From Chiloscyllium plagiosum (Eukaryota): a stretch of 50,520 nt of DNA. The number at the start of each line of letters is the position of its first letter. Position 1 is the first letter of the stretch. Positions 24,718 to 37,134 of the stretch are shown piece after piece. The notes under the pieces are model-generated. The model did no database searches. It saw only the letters and a list, made by a program, of their open reading frames with translations, and was not told the origin of the DNA. A program made the position numbers and the translations under genes. Location: assembly GCF_004010195.1 (NCBI RefSeq), contig NC_057720.1, positions 4,133,782 through 4,184,301 on the forward strand. Direction: 5' to 3'.

Positions 24718-25102
24718 CAGGTCATTGTGCTATAACGTGTGTTTTGTCAATGGGAATTTGCTGTAACACAATTGACAAATTTGGGACACTGTTTCTAAAA
24801 TGCAAACTTTTAAAGCATGTATCAGTTATAACATGATTATGCCCCTATTCATTTACAGAGGAACCTTGATTATCCGGCATTCGATTATCCACATTTCGGA
24901 TCATCCAGCAAGATTGCAAGGTCCTGATGCTTGGCTAAACACTGTCATCCAGCATTCGATTATCCAAACATTCGATTATCCGAACAAAATACTCGCTGTT
25001 CGGATAATCGAGGTTCCTCTGTAAATGGTGCTGCTATTATATGATTTTCTTATAACATGGGATTGCATGAGAAAGAAACTATAGCTATAGCAGAACTGAT
25101 TG
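24718..25102. mobile_element. Older Tigger/pogo-like MITE (outer element)
   Basis: TA-caggtcattgtgctataac ... gctatagcagaactgattg-TA: imperfect TIRs. Confidence 0.6.
24856..25021. mobile_element. Tigger/pogo-like MITE (inner element), TA TSD
   Basis: TIRs cagaggaaccttgattatccg / cggataatcgaggttcctctg flanked by TA; internal attcgattatcc repeats; second copy at about 35174-35345. Confidence 0.88.
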
Positions 25103-25734
25103 TATTACCACTCGGCTGTTAATCCAGAAACTCACCTTATGTTCTGGGGAGCCGGATTTGAATCCCACAAAGCAGGTTGTGGAATTTGAATTCAGAAACA
25201 AAAAATTTGGAATTAAGACCGTACTGATGACCATGAAATCATTGTTGATTGTCACGAAAAGCTTATCTGGTTCACTAATATCTAGGGAAGGAAATTGCCA
25301 TCTTTACCTGGTCTGGCCGACACATTACTCCAGAGCCACAGCAATGGGGTTGACTCTTCACTGCCTGCTGAAATTGTGTAGCAAGCCACTCAGTTGTATA
25401 CCCCAGTGGTTCCAGAAGACAGATCACCACCACCCTCTCAAGGGCAACTTGGGTTGGGCAATATATGATGGCCCAGCAGTGATCCCCATACCCAACAAGT
25501 GAAGAAAGGAAGCAAAACATCCTCTAGCTCTCCTGATAGTTCCTTACTGCTCAAACATTATCATGCTGCTGGGAAAATGGCAAGAGATGGTGTACAAGCA
25601 AATAGATTGGATATAGAACAGCAGAAAATAAGGCTGTGTTATTTAAATTAAACAAATAAATGGAAGTATAGGGGTATAAGCATTGATGTAAGATACAGAC
25701 AGAATATGAGAGCAAGACATGAGCAAGGAGATAG

Positions 25735-26920
25735 GACTGGCTTAGTCATAGGAGACAGAGAGTAGCGGTGGAAGGATTCTTTTTGGAATGGAGGGCTGTG
25801 ACTAGTGATGTTCCACAGGGATCAGTGCTGGGACCTCTGCTCTTTGTGATCTGCATAAATGATTTGAAGGAAAACATAGCTGATCTAATTAGCAGGTTTG
25901 TGGATGATACAAAGATTGGTGAAGTTACGGATAGTGGGGAGGATTGTCAGAGGATACAGCAGGCTATAGATCAGTTGGAGGCGTGGGCAGAAAAATTGCA
26001 GATGGAGTTTAATCTGGGCAATGTGAGGTGATGTATTTTGAAAGGTCAAGTACAGGTGGAAATCATATAGTGAATGGCAGAACCCTTAAGATTATTGATA
26101 TGCAGAGGGATCTGAGTGTGCAGGTCCACAGATCGCTGAAGGTGACAACGTAGGTAGATAAGAGAGTAAAAAAGGCTTACACCATGCTTGCCTTCATTGG
26201 AAGCGACATTGAGTTTAAGGATAAACAAGTTATGCTGTAGCTTTATAGAACGTTAGTTAGGCCACACTCGGAATATTGTGTACAGTTCTGGTCACCAAAC
26301 TACCAGAAAGATGTGGATGCTTTGGAGAGGGTACAGTAAAGGTTTATCAGGATGTTGCCTGGTCTGGGGGATATTAGTGGTGAAGAAAAGTTGGATAGAC
26401 TGGGTTTGTTTTCACTGGAGTGGATGCTTTGGAGAGGGTACAGTAAAGGTTTACCAGGATGTTGCCTGGTCTGGGGGATAGTAGTGGTGAAGAAAAGTTG
26501 GATAGACTGGGTTTGTTTTCACTGGAACACAGGAGGTTGAGGGGTGACCTCATAGACGTTTAGAAGATGGTGAATGGCATGGATACAGTGGGATATATGA
26601 GGCTTTTTTCCAGGGTAGAGGGGTCAATTGCTAGAGGACACAGGTTCAAGGTGTGGAGGGGGGATGTTGAAAAGAGATGTGCAAGGCAAATGTTTCACTC
26701 AAAGGGTGGTGAGTACTTGGAACATGCTGCCAGATGAGGTGGTGTTAGCAGACACAATAGCAACGTTAAAGAAACACCTGAATGAATACATGATTAGGAA
26801 GGGAATAGAGGGATATGGATCCTGTAAGGGAAGACAATTTTAGTATGGAAGGGCACAATGTATTGGCGTATGCTTGGAGGGCCGAAGGGCCTGTTCCTGT
26901 GCTGTATTATTCTTTGTTCT
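25735..26920 (+). mobile_element. CR1 LINE RT and 3' end with an internal 107-bp tandem duplication
   Basis: [28 protein letters not shown]; 26313-26419 repeated at 26420-26526. Confidence 0.9.
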
Positions 26921-27131
26921 TTGACAACCACAAAATCACAAGACTTTGGTGCAGAAGTAGGTTATTTAGCCCATCAAATCTGCTCTGCCATTCAATGAGA
27001 TGAGTTAGCAGGTGACTTTTACCTTGGATCAGAAGATCGAGAGATGTTATTCTGCAACAAAAGGGCATTTTAAGAATGAAGTTAGGGCAATAGATTAATT
27101 ATCCAAAAAATACAACTTATATTGATATGTA

Positions 27132-27312
27132 GCTGAAAATGTGTTGCTGGAAAAGCGCAGCAAGTCAGGCAGCATCCAGGGAGGGCTTCAGGAGGGCTTA
27201 TGCCCGAAACGTCAATTCTCCTGTTCCCTGGATGCTGCCTGACCTGCTGCGCTTTTCCAGCAACACATTTTCAGCTCTGATCTCCAGCATCTGCAGACCT
27301 CACTTTCTCCTA
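27132..27312. mobile_element. Family A palindromic element with 10-bp TSD
   Basis: ttgatatgta at 27122-27131 and 27315-27324; near-perfect inverted arms. Confidence 0.87.
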
Positions 27313-27626
27313 TGTTGATATGTACACAACAAATTGATGCTTAGTTTATATGATAAATAATCAATGGTTATGTGAATCTGTTATCTGTGAAAATATTATG
27401 AGTGAGATGACTGAAAATGTGGTGTAAGATGAACCACCATTGACATCACTGATTTTCAGTGAAGTATCTTCGTTCCCAAAATATTGAAACATACCCAGAA
27501 TGATGTACAATAAAGATGAAATGTAACCAATGTTTGTGGTGTTTGAATGCCCCTGTCCTTTATGTAATGTTAGTTAAAGGTGTTTCAGGAGATTTTATTC
27601 TTCACTTGCATTTCTGTTCATTCCAG

Positions 27627-27770
27627 GGAACTTGATCATCCAAATCTGTGCAAATTTATTGGAGGATCTGTCGAGGTGCCCAATGCCACCATAGTTACTG
27701 AATACTGTCCAAAAGGGAGCCTGGCCGATGTTCTATTTAACGATGACATCCCCTTGAACTGGGGATTCAG
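27627..27770 (+). CDS. rGC exon I: ELDHPNLCKFIGGSVEVPNATIVTEYCPKGSLADVLFNDDIPLNWGF(R)
   Basis: ccAG acceptor, AG|gtacag donor, 144 nt; EYCPKGSL is an rGC kinase-homology-domain signature. Confidence 0.97.
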
Positions 27771-27799
27771 GTACAGAAGGACATCAAAAATAACTTCAT

Positions 27800-29016
27800 G
27801 ATCTCAGTGAGCTTGAAGGCATCTGCCACTTTCATCCCTGAATTGGAACCATTTTGACACATACACCTCCATTGTGTTCACTCCTATCTCTCTGCTCAAA
27901 TGCCTTGACTACCTCAAGATCGACAAGTCCAATGCTCCAGCAACCTCCTGCCTCGAATCCTCCATATAGTTAAGGTCATCTTAACCCCTCCTGGCTGATC
28001 CTGATTGGCATGAAGTTGCATTTCCCATCACCCCTGAGCTTGCTGGTTAACTGTTGTATAAATCCATTATCTCACTTGTTTACATTGGCTTGCAATCTGA
28101 CAACTCCTTAATTTTAAACCTCATATCATATATAGTCAGCTACTTTCATATTCTCACCCAAACTTATTTCTGTAACATCCTGCAATCTCACAGCCTTTGA
28201 GATCACTGCAACCCCCAAACTCTGGTCTCTCACACATCTTCAGGTTTCCCTGCTCCACCACTGGTAACTTTGCCTTGAATTGCCCAGCTCCTAAACATTG
28301 GAATTGCCTCTTTAACACCTAACTCTTTACTTCTCTCTCCACCGTTAGGACAGTCTTGAAGGCACAATACATTGATTGAACATCTAAGCCCCAGGACAAG
28401 GCTGTGGGAGCTCCTCACTGCTCCATCACTTTTCTTGCCTCATTCGGTCAAACATGGGAACACCTACTCATGGTTGAAAAGTGTTGAGAACTGCTTACCA
28501 TTCTTCAGGTACTGAAGTAGTCTGTGCTGACAAGACATAAGACCTACACAACAGTCAGCCTTGGGCTGATAAGTGGCAAGCCACCTTCAAACATCAGACA
28601 ATGACCGTCTCCAACATGAGAGAAATCATCTCCTCATTCAACAACATTGCTGAATCCCGTATTAACATTCTGGGGGTTGCCATTAAACAGAAACTGTAGA
28701 CCAGCCTTATTAAAGGCATACAAAGGGATTCTTTCACATATTAGCAATAGTTAGATTCATAAACAGTTAACCAGCAAGCTCAGGGGTGATGGGAAATGCA
28801 ACTTCATGCCAATCAGGATCAGCCAGGAGGGGTTAAGATGACCTTAACTATATGGAGGATGCGAGGCAGGAGGTTGCTGGAGCATTGGACTTGTCGATCT
28901 TGAGGTAATCAAGGCATTTGAGCAGAGAGACAGGAGTGAACACAATGGAGGTGTATGTGTCAAAATGATTCCAATTCAGGGATGAAAGTGGCAGATGCCT
29001 TCCAATCACTGAGATC
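27800..29016. repeat. Long inverted repeat: arms 27800-28055 and 28762-29016
   Basis: Arms of about 255 bp are reverse complements, with 4 internal substitutions and a small difference near the outer end; spacer about 706 bp. Confidence 0.95.
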
Positions 29017-29332
29017 GAGGTCTTTTCCCTGGGGTAGAGAAGTCCAGAATTAGAGGACATAGGTTTAGAGTGAGAGGGGAAAGATATTAAAATGGACATA
29101 AGGGACAACCTTTTCACACAGAGGGTGGTGCGTGTATGGAATGAGCTGCCATAGTGGAGGCTGGTACAATTACAGCATTTAAAAGGCATCTGGATGGTAT
29201 ATGAATAGGAAGGGTTTAGAGGAATATGGGCCAAATAATAAATGGGACTAGATTGGGTTGGGATATCTTGTCAGCATGGATGAATTGGACCAAAAAGGTC
29301 TGTTTCCATGCTGTAAATTTCTATGATTCTAT
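29017..29332 (+). mobile_element. 5'-truncated CR1 3' end
   Basis: ggtcttttccctggggtag..tccagaattagaggacataggtttag..ctatgattctat. Confidence 0.9.
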
Positions 29333-29640
29333 AAAAACTGTCATGGTCATTGTTAGCAAGAATAGATTTCTCTTCCAGGTTTAATTGGTGGAATTTATTT
29401 TCCACCCACCATCCTGGTGCCATTTAACTCCATCTCCCCATTGTACAAGGCTGATCCCCTGGATTTTCAGTTCAGTAACATTCACACCATACCTGACACC
29501 CTCAGCTCAGAGCCTAAAGAATCCCTGCCCTGTGAATCCCCAGATCCAACAAACCTACCGACTTCAAATTCATTCCTGTCATCGCTGACAGACTGTGGCC
29601 CATCTAAAAGTGATCCACTGTTCACACTGCAATGTAACAC

Positions 29641-29678
29641 TTCACCTGATGAAGGGGCAGTGCTTTGAAAGCTTGTGA
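29641..29678 (+). ncRNA. Minimal hammerhead ribozyme motif (family B)
   Basis: TCAC-CTGATGA-a-GGGGC-agt-GCTTT-GAAA-GC-TT-GTGA: stem I TCAC/GTGA, palindromic AGCT. Confidence 0.7.
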
Positions 29679-30279
29679 CTTCAAATAAACTTGTTGGACT
29701 ATCACCTAGTGTCATCTGACTTTCTACTTCGCCCATCCCAGTCCAACACCAGCACCTCCACATCATGGCAACATATCCAACTCACCCATCAACCCTGTCT
29801 TTCCTGATCTGCATTACACCTTAATTCCTCAAACGCTCAAATTTATATTTCAAAATCTCTTCATGGCCTGCTCCCCATCCAGCAGCAACACCACTCCCCT
29901 CTCTGTCTGCTCGGTCACAATATAAGGGTCTGAAAGAGTTAATATAAGGAATGCTTTAAGTACCACCCACTCTGCTAACCTTATGTGGGGGAATTTGAAA
30001 AAGAGTTTAGGATCTTAAAGGAGTAAGACTGACCATCCAAGTCCTCCACGTATTCGCTATATTAGTGTGTACATATCAATGTAACTTGTGATCATACAAT
30101 AAAGAAGAACCTCTTCTCATTAGATTACAAAGTGGTCTTCCTCCACCACTTAAGACAAAGGAGATCTGTAGATCCTACCCTGAAAGGCCATGGCATCAAC
30201 AATTCAAACTTGTAGAGTTAAAGAGTCATACGGCACGCAAACAGACCTTTCAATCTAACTCAATCATACCCACCAAAAT

Positions 30280-33260
30280 CCCAAACTAAACATAGAACAT
30301 TGAGCATAGAACGTAGAATAGTACAGCGCAGTACAGGCCCTTTTGTCCTTGATGTTGTCCTGAGCATTGTATCCTACTCTAAGATCAGACTAACTTCATT
30401 TTACTCTCATCCATGTGCCTATCCAACAGTTGTTTAAATATCCCTAATGTATCTGGTTGTACTCCCACTGCTGACAGTGCATTCCACACAACCACCACTC
30501 TCTGAGTAAAGAACCTACCTCTGACATCTCCCCTAAACCTTCTTCCAATCACCTTAAAATTATGCCCCCGTGATAGCCATTTCCACCATCGGAAAAGTCT
30601 CTGGCTATCCACTCTATCTATGTCTTTTATCATCTTCAACACCTCTATCCAGTCACCTCTCATCCTTCTTCGCTCCAATGAGAAAAGCACCAGCTCCTTC
30701 AACCTTTCTTCATAAGACATGCCCTCCAGTCCAGGCAGCATCCTGATAAATCTCCTCTGCACCCTCTCTAAAGCTTCCACATCCTTCCTATAATGAGGCG
30801 ATCAGAATTGAACACAATATTCCAAGTCTGGTCTAACCAGGGCTGTATAGAGCTGCAGCATAACCTTACGGCTCTTAAACTCAATCCCCCTGCTAATGAA
30901 AGCCCAAACACCAAATGCGTTCTTGACAACCCAATCAACTTTGAGGGATCTATGGACATGGACCCCAAGATCCCTCTGTTTCTCCACACGGCCAAGAATC
31001 TTGCCTTTAACCCTGTATTCTGCATTCAAATCTGACCTTCCAAAGTGAATCACTTCACACTTTTCCAGGTTGAACTACACCTGCTTATCAGCCCAGCTCT
31101 GCATTCTGTCAATGTCCTATTGCAACTTACAACAGCCCTCCACACTATCCACCACTCCACCAACCTTTATGCCATTGGCAAATCACACTTACACCTCCTC
31201 ATTCAAGTCACTTATAAAAATCACAAAAAGCAAGAGTCCTAGAACCGATCCCTGCGGAACACCACTGGTCACCGAACTCCAGGTTGGATATTTTCCATCT
31301 ACCACCACCCTCTGTCTTCTGTGGGCCAGCCAAATCTGTATCCAGACAGCCAGATTTCCTTGTACCCCACATCCACTCCTCTACCTTCATCAATGTGTTT
31401 TGTCACATCCTCAAAGAATTCAGTAAGGTTTCTGAGGCATGAACTGCCCCTCACAAAGCTATGCTGACTATTTCTAATCAATCTTTGGTTTTCCAAGTAA
31501 TCAGAATCCCTGTCTCTCAGAATCCTCTCGCTTCTTTACTCACCACAGATGTGAGACTGACTTGTCTGTAACTCCCAGGATTATCCCTATTCACTTTCTT
31601 GAACAAGAGAATAACATTTGCCCCTTCCAATCATCTGGCACTACTCCAGTGGACAGTGAGGAGCAAAGATTATCATCAAAGGTGCAGCAATCTCTTCTCA
31701 CTTCCTGTAGTAACCTCGGGGTATATCCCATCTGGCTAGCTCCACTGTCCTATGTTTGGCCCATTTCCCTCCAGACCTTTCATAGTCATGTACCTATCCA
31801 AATATCTGATAAATAATGTAACTGTACCTAAATCTACCACTTCCTCTGGCAATTCATTTCTCATATGAACTACTCAATGTGTGAAAAACTTGCCCCTCAA
31901 ATCCCTTTTACATCTTTCGCCTTTCACCATATAAATATGCCCCCTAGTTTTGAAATCCCCTATCGTAGGAGAAAGACCTTTGCTGTTCACCTTATCTATG
32001 CCCCTCATGATTTTATAAATCTCTAACAGATCACCCCTCAACCTCCTACGTTCTGGGAAAGAAAGTCTCAGCCTATCCAGCCTTTTTTTTTATCACTCAA
32101 ACCCTCCAGTCTGCCAACAACCTGGTAAATCTTTTCTGAACCATCTTCAATTTGATAATATTTTTCCTTTAGCACGATGACCAGACCTGCACACAGTACA
32201 TCGAAAGTGGCCTCACTAATGTCCTGCACAGCTTTAAGATGACATCCCAACTCCTATACTCAAGTAGACTAATCAGTAAAGTTAGATCACATGGGATTCA
32301 GGGTGAACTTGCCGATTGGATACAAGATTGGCTAAACACCTCTTTAGCCATCTTGTCTACCTGTGATGCAAATTTCAAAGAACTATGTACTTGAACCAAT
32401 AGGTTTCTCTCTTCGACAATACTACCCAGGGGGCTACCATTAACTGTATAAGTCCATTTCTTGCCAAATACAATACCTCTCATTTATCAAAATTAAACTC
32501 AATCTACCACTTCTTAGCCCATTGACTCAATTGATCAAGACCCCTTTGTAATCTCAGATCATCTTTTTCAATTTTGACAATTTGGTGTCAACTGCAAACT
32601 TATGAACCGTGCTTCCTAAATTCTCATCCAAATCATTTATATAAATACCAAAGTGGAGGCAGGACCAATTCCTGACTACCTGTCACAGGTCTCCAGTCTG
32701 AAAAACAATCCTCCACCACCACCCTCTGTTTCTTATCGTCAAGCCAATTTTGTATCTAGTTGGGAAGTTCTCCCTGAATCCCATGTGATCTAACTTTACT
32801 AATTCGTCTATCATGCGGAACCTTGTCAAAGGCTTCGCCAAAGTCCATGTCGACAACGTCTACCACCCTGAAAAATGTGTTGCTGGAAAAGCGCAGCAGG
32901 TCAGGCAGCATCCAAGGAGCAGGAGAATCGACGGAAGGGCTTATGCCCGAAACGTCGATTCTCCTGCTCCTTGGATGCTGCCTGATCTGCTGCGCTTTTC
33001 CAGCAACACATTTTTCAGCTCTGATCTCCAGCATCTGCAGTCCTCACTTTCTCCTAACGTCTACCACTCTGCCTTCTTCAATCCTTTTGGTTACATCTTC
33101 AAACAACTCAATTTCGTTAACGAGACGTGATCTCCCATGCACAAAGTTACGTTGTCTATACCTAATCAGTCCTTGCCTCTCCAAATGGATGTACATCCGA
33201 TCACTCAGAATCTCGTCGAATTACTTACCCACAACTGATGTCAGACTCACAGATCTATAT
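30280..33260 (-). mobile_element. Two or more decayed CR1 LINE copies
   Basis: QHSFVRGSSCL.NL.EFFEDVT, DFGEAFDKVPH, LVRPDLEYCVQF, ALERVQRRF; frameshifted. Confidence 0.9.
32867..33055. mobile_element. Family A palindromic element with 12-bp TSD, nested in CR1
   Basis: aacgtctaccac at 32855-32866 and 33056-33067. Confidence 0.88.
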
Positions 33261-33984
33261 AGTTCCAAAGGTTGCTCCATAGTGACCAATAGTACAGTAA
33301 GCATGCTAAAGACCTTCTTAACCACCCTGTCTACCTGTGAGCAGTGGTTGATACAGAAATGTCCTCCAATCAACCTAAAATTTCTATTCTTTATATTCAT
33401 TCACAGGTTTGTATTTATTGCCCAATCCTACTCGTCCAGGGGTCAACCACATTAGTCTGCGTCTGGAGTCATGGCAACAACAGCAGCAGTTTCCTTCGGT
33501 CAAGGAAGGATATTAATGAACCATATGGGGTTTTCCCACAAAAACCAGCAATAGATTTATAGTTATTAAGCAACTCTTAACTTATAGTTTCTATTTTTAA
33601 TTTCATTCAAATTCAACCATTTGCCCTGGTAGGATTTGAACACAGACCCTCACAGCTTTACCTGGGTCTCACAATTAATAACCTCGTGATATTGCCACAA
33701 GGCCTTCACCTCACCTTTGTTCTAGCTTTTTCTGTGTATCACCTTCTTACCCCACCCGTACTCAGCTCCATACTGAACAATCCCTCCCCCTTTAGTCTCC
33801 CATCACTCTTACTCATCCTGTTATATCCTGCTCTTCAAGAAATCTTTTCTGCAATTCTCCTAATAATTCTTCCGTCACTGCGCTCATTGCACATTTATCT
33901 CTTGCGACTTGTTCAGACACTTTAAAACATTTATTTTCCATGTTAAAGACTCTACGTAAATGTAACTCCTTGTTGTTGCTTTAG

Positions 33985-34106
33985 ATTGTCGTTTGCCACT
34001 GATGTGGCTCGGGCGATGGCTTACCTTCATCAGCACAGAATTTACCATGGGAGGCTACACTCAATGAACTGTGTCATCGATGATAGATGGGTTTGCAAAG
34101 TCTCAG
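33985..34106 (+). CDS. rGC exon J: LSFATDVARAMAYLHQHRIYHGRLHSMNCVIDDRWVCKVS
   Basis: ttAG acceptor, G|gtaatt donor, 122 nt, phase 2 to 1; HGxLxSxNC pseudokinase loop. Confidence 0.97.
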
Positions 34107-34200
34107 GTAATTTTAGTCATGAAAGCTGGACAGGATATTGCATGCAGTGTCATAGTCAGGACTGCTCTTTGAACTGCTGTTTCAATTTTCTTTTGTGAAG

Positions 34201-34342
34201 ACTATGGCTTAGCAGCCTACCGAAAGGACGATTTTGAGGAATTTTCTCCCACACTCAATGAAAGGGCAAGACGTATTACCTGTGCTCCAGAAGTATTTAC
34301 AGGCTTGGTTTCCAATGTCACCCCAACTTCAGATGTTTACAG
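34201..34342 (+). CDS. rGC exon K: DYGLAAYRKDDFEEFSPTLNERARRITCAPEVFTGLVSNVTPTSDVY(S)
   Basis: gaAG acceptor after a 94-nt intron, AG|gtaatt donor, 142 nt; DYG, APE and DVYS motifs. Confidence 0.96.
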
Positions 34343-34624
34343 GTAATTTCACTCCAGTACAAACTGATCCTTTCACTAATTGCTCATGAGGTTGGAAAGA
34401 TGATTGATGGAGATGCATTGGGAGTTTTGGATGTGGAGAGGTTGATGGAGATACATTGGGCTTTATGGATGTGGAGAGGTCATGGGAAGTGGACAGAATA
34501 TTGTGGTAGAATTTTGTAGGACGTGGATTTAATCATGGCTGGGTCCATTCTTTTGTAGAAATGTCAACACTTGGACAGGGTGAGGAAGCGGGAATGTTTC
34601 TGAGCACAATAGACTTCTTATCTT

Positions 34625-35055
34625 CTAGACAGATGGAGCAGTTGGAATCTCCCCCTTGGAGGTAAAGAGCTAAGAGGGGATTTGATTTGGCATTTTAAAT
34701 CTTGAGGCTCTGAATAGAGGAGATAGGGGAAAAAAGACTGTTCCCATTAGTAAAAGGATCGAGTACCAGAGGACACAGATTTAAGGTGACTGGCAAATGA
34801 TCCAGAGGGGACATGAGGAAAAATTGTTTTGTGCATCAAGGTAGTTAAGATCTGGAATGTACTGCTTGAGTCTGTGTTGGACACTGGTTCAGTTGTGGCC
34901 TTTGAAAGGTAATTGGAAATTGGAATAGCAGACTGCAGAGAAAAGTAGGAGATTCAGAGTGGTTGGATTTATCTTGCAGAGAGGTAGCATTAACATAATG
35001 GACTGAACGGTCCCCTTCTGTGTTGTAACCATTCTGACTTTCTACTATTCTATGA
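34625..35055 (+). mobile_element. Old CR1 3' end
   Basis: agaggggatttgat..accagaggacacagatttaaggtg..tggaatgtactgcttgag. Confidence 0.7.
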
Positions 35056-35173
35056 GTTTCGATGAGTATTCATTGGTGAAAGAGGAAAGAAATCCAATGT
35101 GTGATTCAAAACAACCCTCTTCATCCAGAATGTGGTAAAACTGATTTGATTTGATTTGTTGCTATTACATGTA

Positions 35174-35345
35174 TGGAGGACTTTGATTATCTGACATTCG
35201 ATTATCCGAATATCGGATTATCCGGTAAGATCGCAAGGTCACGATGCTTGGTTAAGCTATGTTATCTGGCATTCGATTTCCAGAATTCAATTAACTAAAT
35301 GAAATACTCTGTGCCTATGCCCTTTGGATAATCGAGGTTCCTCTG
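35174..35345. mobile_element. Tigger/pogo-like MITE, second copy
   Basis: Alignable to 24856-25021; right TIR ggataatcgaggttcctctg-TA intact, left TIR degenerate. Confidence 0.82.
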
Positions 35346-35367
35346 TACCTAAGAACAGTGAAAAGCT

Positions 35368-35600
35368 GGGACAAGCCAACCAGGGACATGCATGGGAATT
35401 CCTAGAGACCTGGTTTCCAACCCACATGTTGAAGTAGACCCAGTATACAAACAATCTCAGAGCAAAACAGGAAATGACACCAGATCATATAAACATCAAG
35501 TGGATTAGAACTTCACGGGGGTCACACTGATGATGTTACCTTGCACGGTGACGAAACGTTTACATGACAACCCACCAGCTTGGCGAGCTAACCAACAACA
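35368..35600 (+). mobile_element. Penelope-like 3' end (family D) with a hammerhead motif at 35521-35568
   Basis: GQANQGHAWEFLETWF resembles a GIY-YIG C-terminus; CTGATGA-t-GTTACC-ttgcac-GGTGAC-GAAACGTT. Confidence 0.75.
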
Positions 35601-37134
35601 GCTCTTTTGTTTTGCTGACAATGAGGGAGAGATTGCTGTTTTTCCAACACAACACCAAGCATTCTATCTTGTGGAATTACGACAGACAGTTGAAGTGAAT
35701 TGATGCATTTGCAAGTAGTTTAGATAAACGCATGAGGGAAATGGAAATGGATAAGGACGCTAGTAGATTTAAGTGAGGAATAATGGGACAAAGCTAAACT
35801 GGAGGCTAAAACCAGCATGGACTGTTGGGCCAAATACCCTGATCTTACCTTGTACATAGTATGTAACTCCTTGTAGATCAGATATTTAAAAAATAAAGTA
35901 ACAATAAGGTCAAATACAGTTTTCAGTAACAATGGGAAACACTGGGATGAGATGTTTCCTGTTTCTGCAGGCCAAATTGATTCAAGAGTTGGGATTTCTT
36001 TAAATTCAAGGCAATTGGGTTGGTGCTGCTGGGATACAGATGGAGGATGCTGGGTAAGGAGGCAAGCTAGGCTGAAGTAGCCTACCTCTCCAGTGGGGTA
36101 CCAGATCTCTCCAAAGTGGTCTCCTGGCCATTCAAACCAATCACAAAGTTCAGACCTGCTGCTGCCAGGACTAATCTGCACCCTACATATTCCTAACTCC
36201 CAAAATCTCATACAGGTGGAGGCAGCTGCTTCCAAGAAATGCAAAGGTATGAAAAGAGACTGGTCCCTCGGTCCCATTTCTGCAAAAATGGTGGTGCGAT
36301 ACCTGGTGTGCGAGAAACCTTATTTCCAGCCTCCTCTGCTGTTTTGCAATGACAGGAAGGAGGCTCTCCATCATTGCAAAAATTCAAGCCGAACAACTTG
36401 CTAAGAATGGGCCAGGGATTTTTATAAGAATCGCAAGATTGGACATTGTGGAATGACCATAAGGTATGGATATTAAGGTCTTATGGTACAGTATTAACAG
36501 CCTCTGCCTCTGAGCCAGAAACTCCCGGTTTGAGTCCCACTCCAGGGCCTGATGGCCAAGGAAGATGTGTTTAGAATGTGTTCAGCCAAACAGGTTGAGC
36601 ATCATGACTTTTCAAGATGCACCAATGGTGGGCGATAAGAGTAGGAGAGAGCACTAGCCAGCAAAGTGATGGGAAAATAGTTGGTGCCTCAATGGGAAAC
36701 TTTTGTGCTTCTTGATTGGCTCATTTCAGGATGCATAAGTAGGAATAAGACTGTCTATTGGCTGTTGAGATGGGTGAATCAATCAGGTAGAAGAATTAAA
36801 CCTCATTCTGATTTGATTTGCTTTATTATTGTCATGTACCTAGGTACAGCGGAAAGTTTTGTTTTGTGTGCAGTCCAGGTAGATCGTACCATACAAAGTG
36901 CATGAGGGTAATAGAATGGAGTGAGGAATACAATGTTATGGCTGCAGAGAGTGAGGTCAACATTAAATTTAAAATTTGAGAGGTCCATTCAGCAGTCTAA
37001 TAACAGCAGGGAAGAAGATGTTTTGAGTCTATTTGGACATGTATACAAACGTTTATACCTATCATACATTTCTCATTCATGCATGAACTAGGGTTGTTTT
37101 CTTTCAAGTGAATGTCATCTTTTTCTGTATCCAG

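Noticed and set aside
24870..25010. Repeated attcgattatcc motifs resembling a CRISPR or regulatory array
   Set aside because: Irregular spacing, eukaryotic context, and internal to a TIR-bounded MITE.
32823..33455. 210-aa + strand ORF
   Set aside because: Antisense read of CR1 plus a palindromic insert; no protein motif of its own.
35720..36277. 185-aa - strand ORF
   Set aside because: No recognisable domain, splice context or composition bias; probably a chance intronic ORF.
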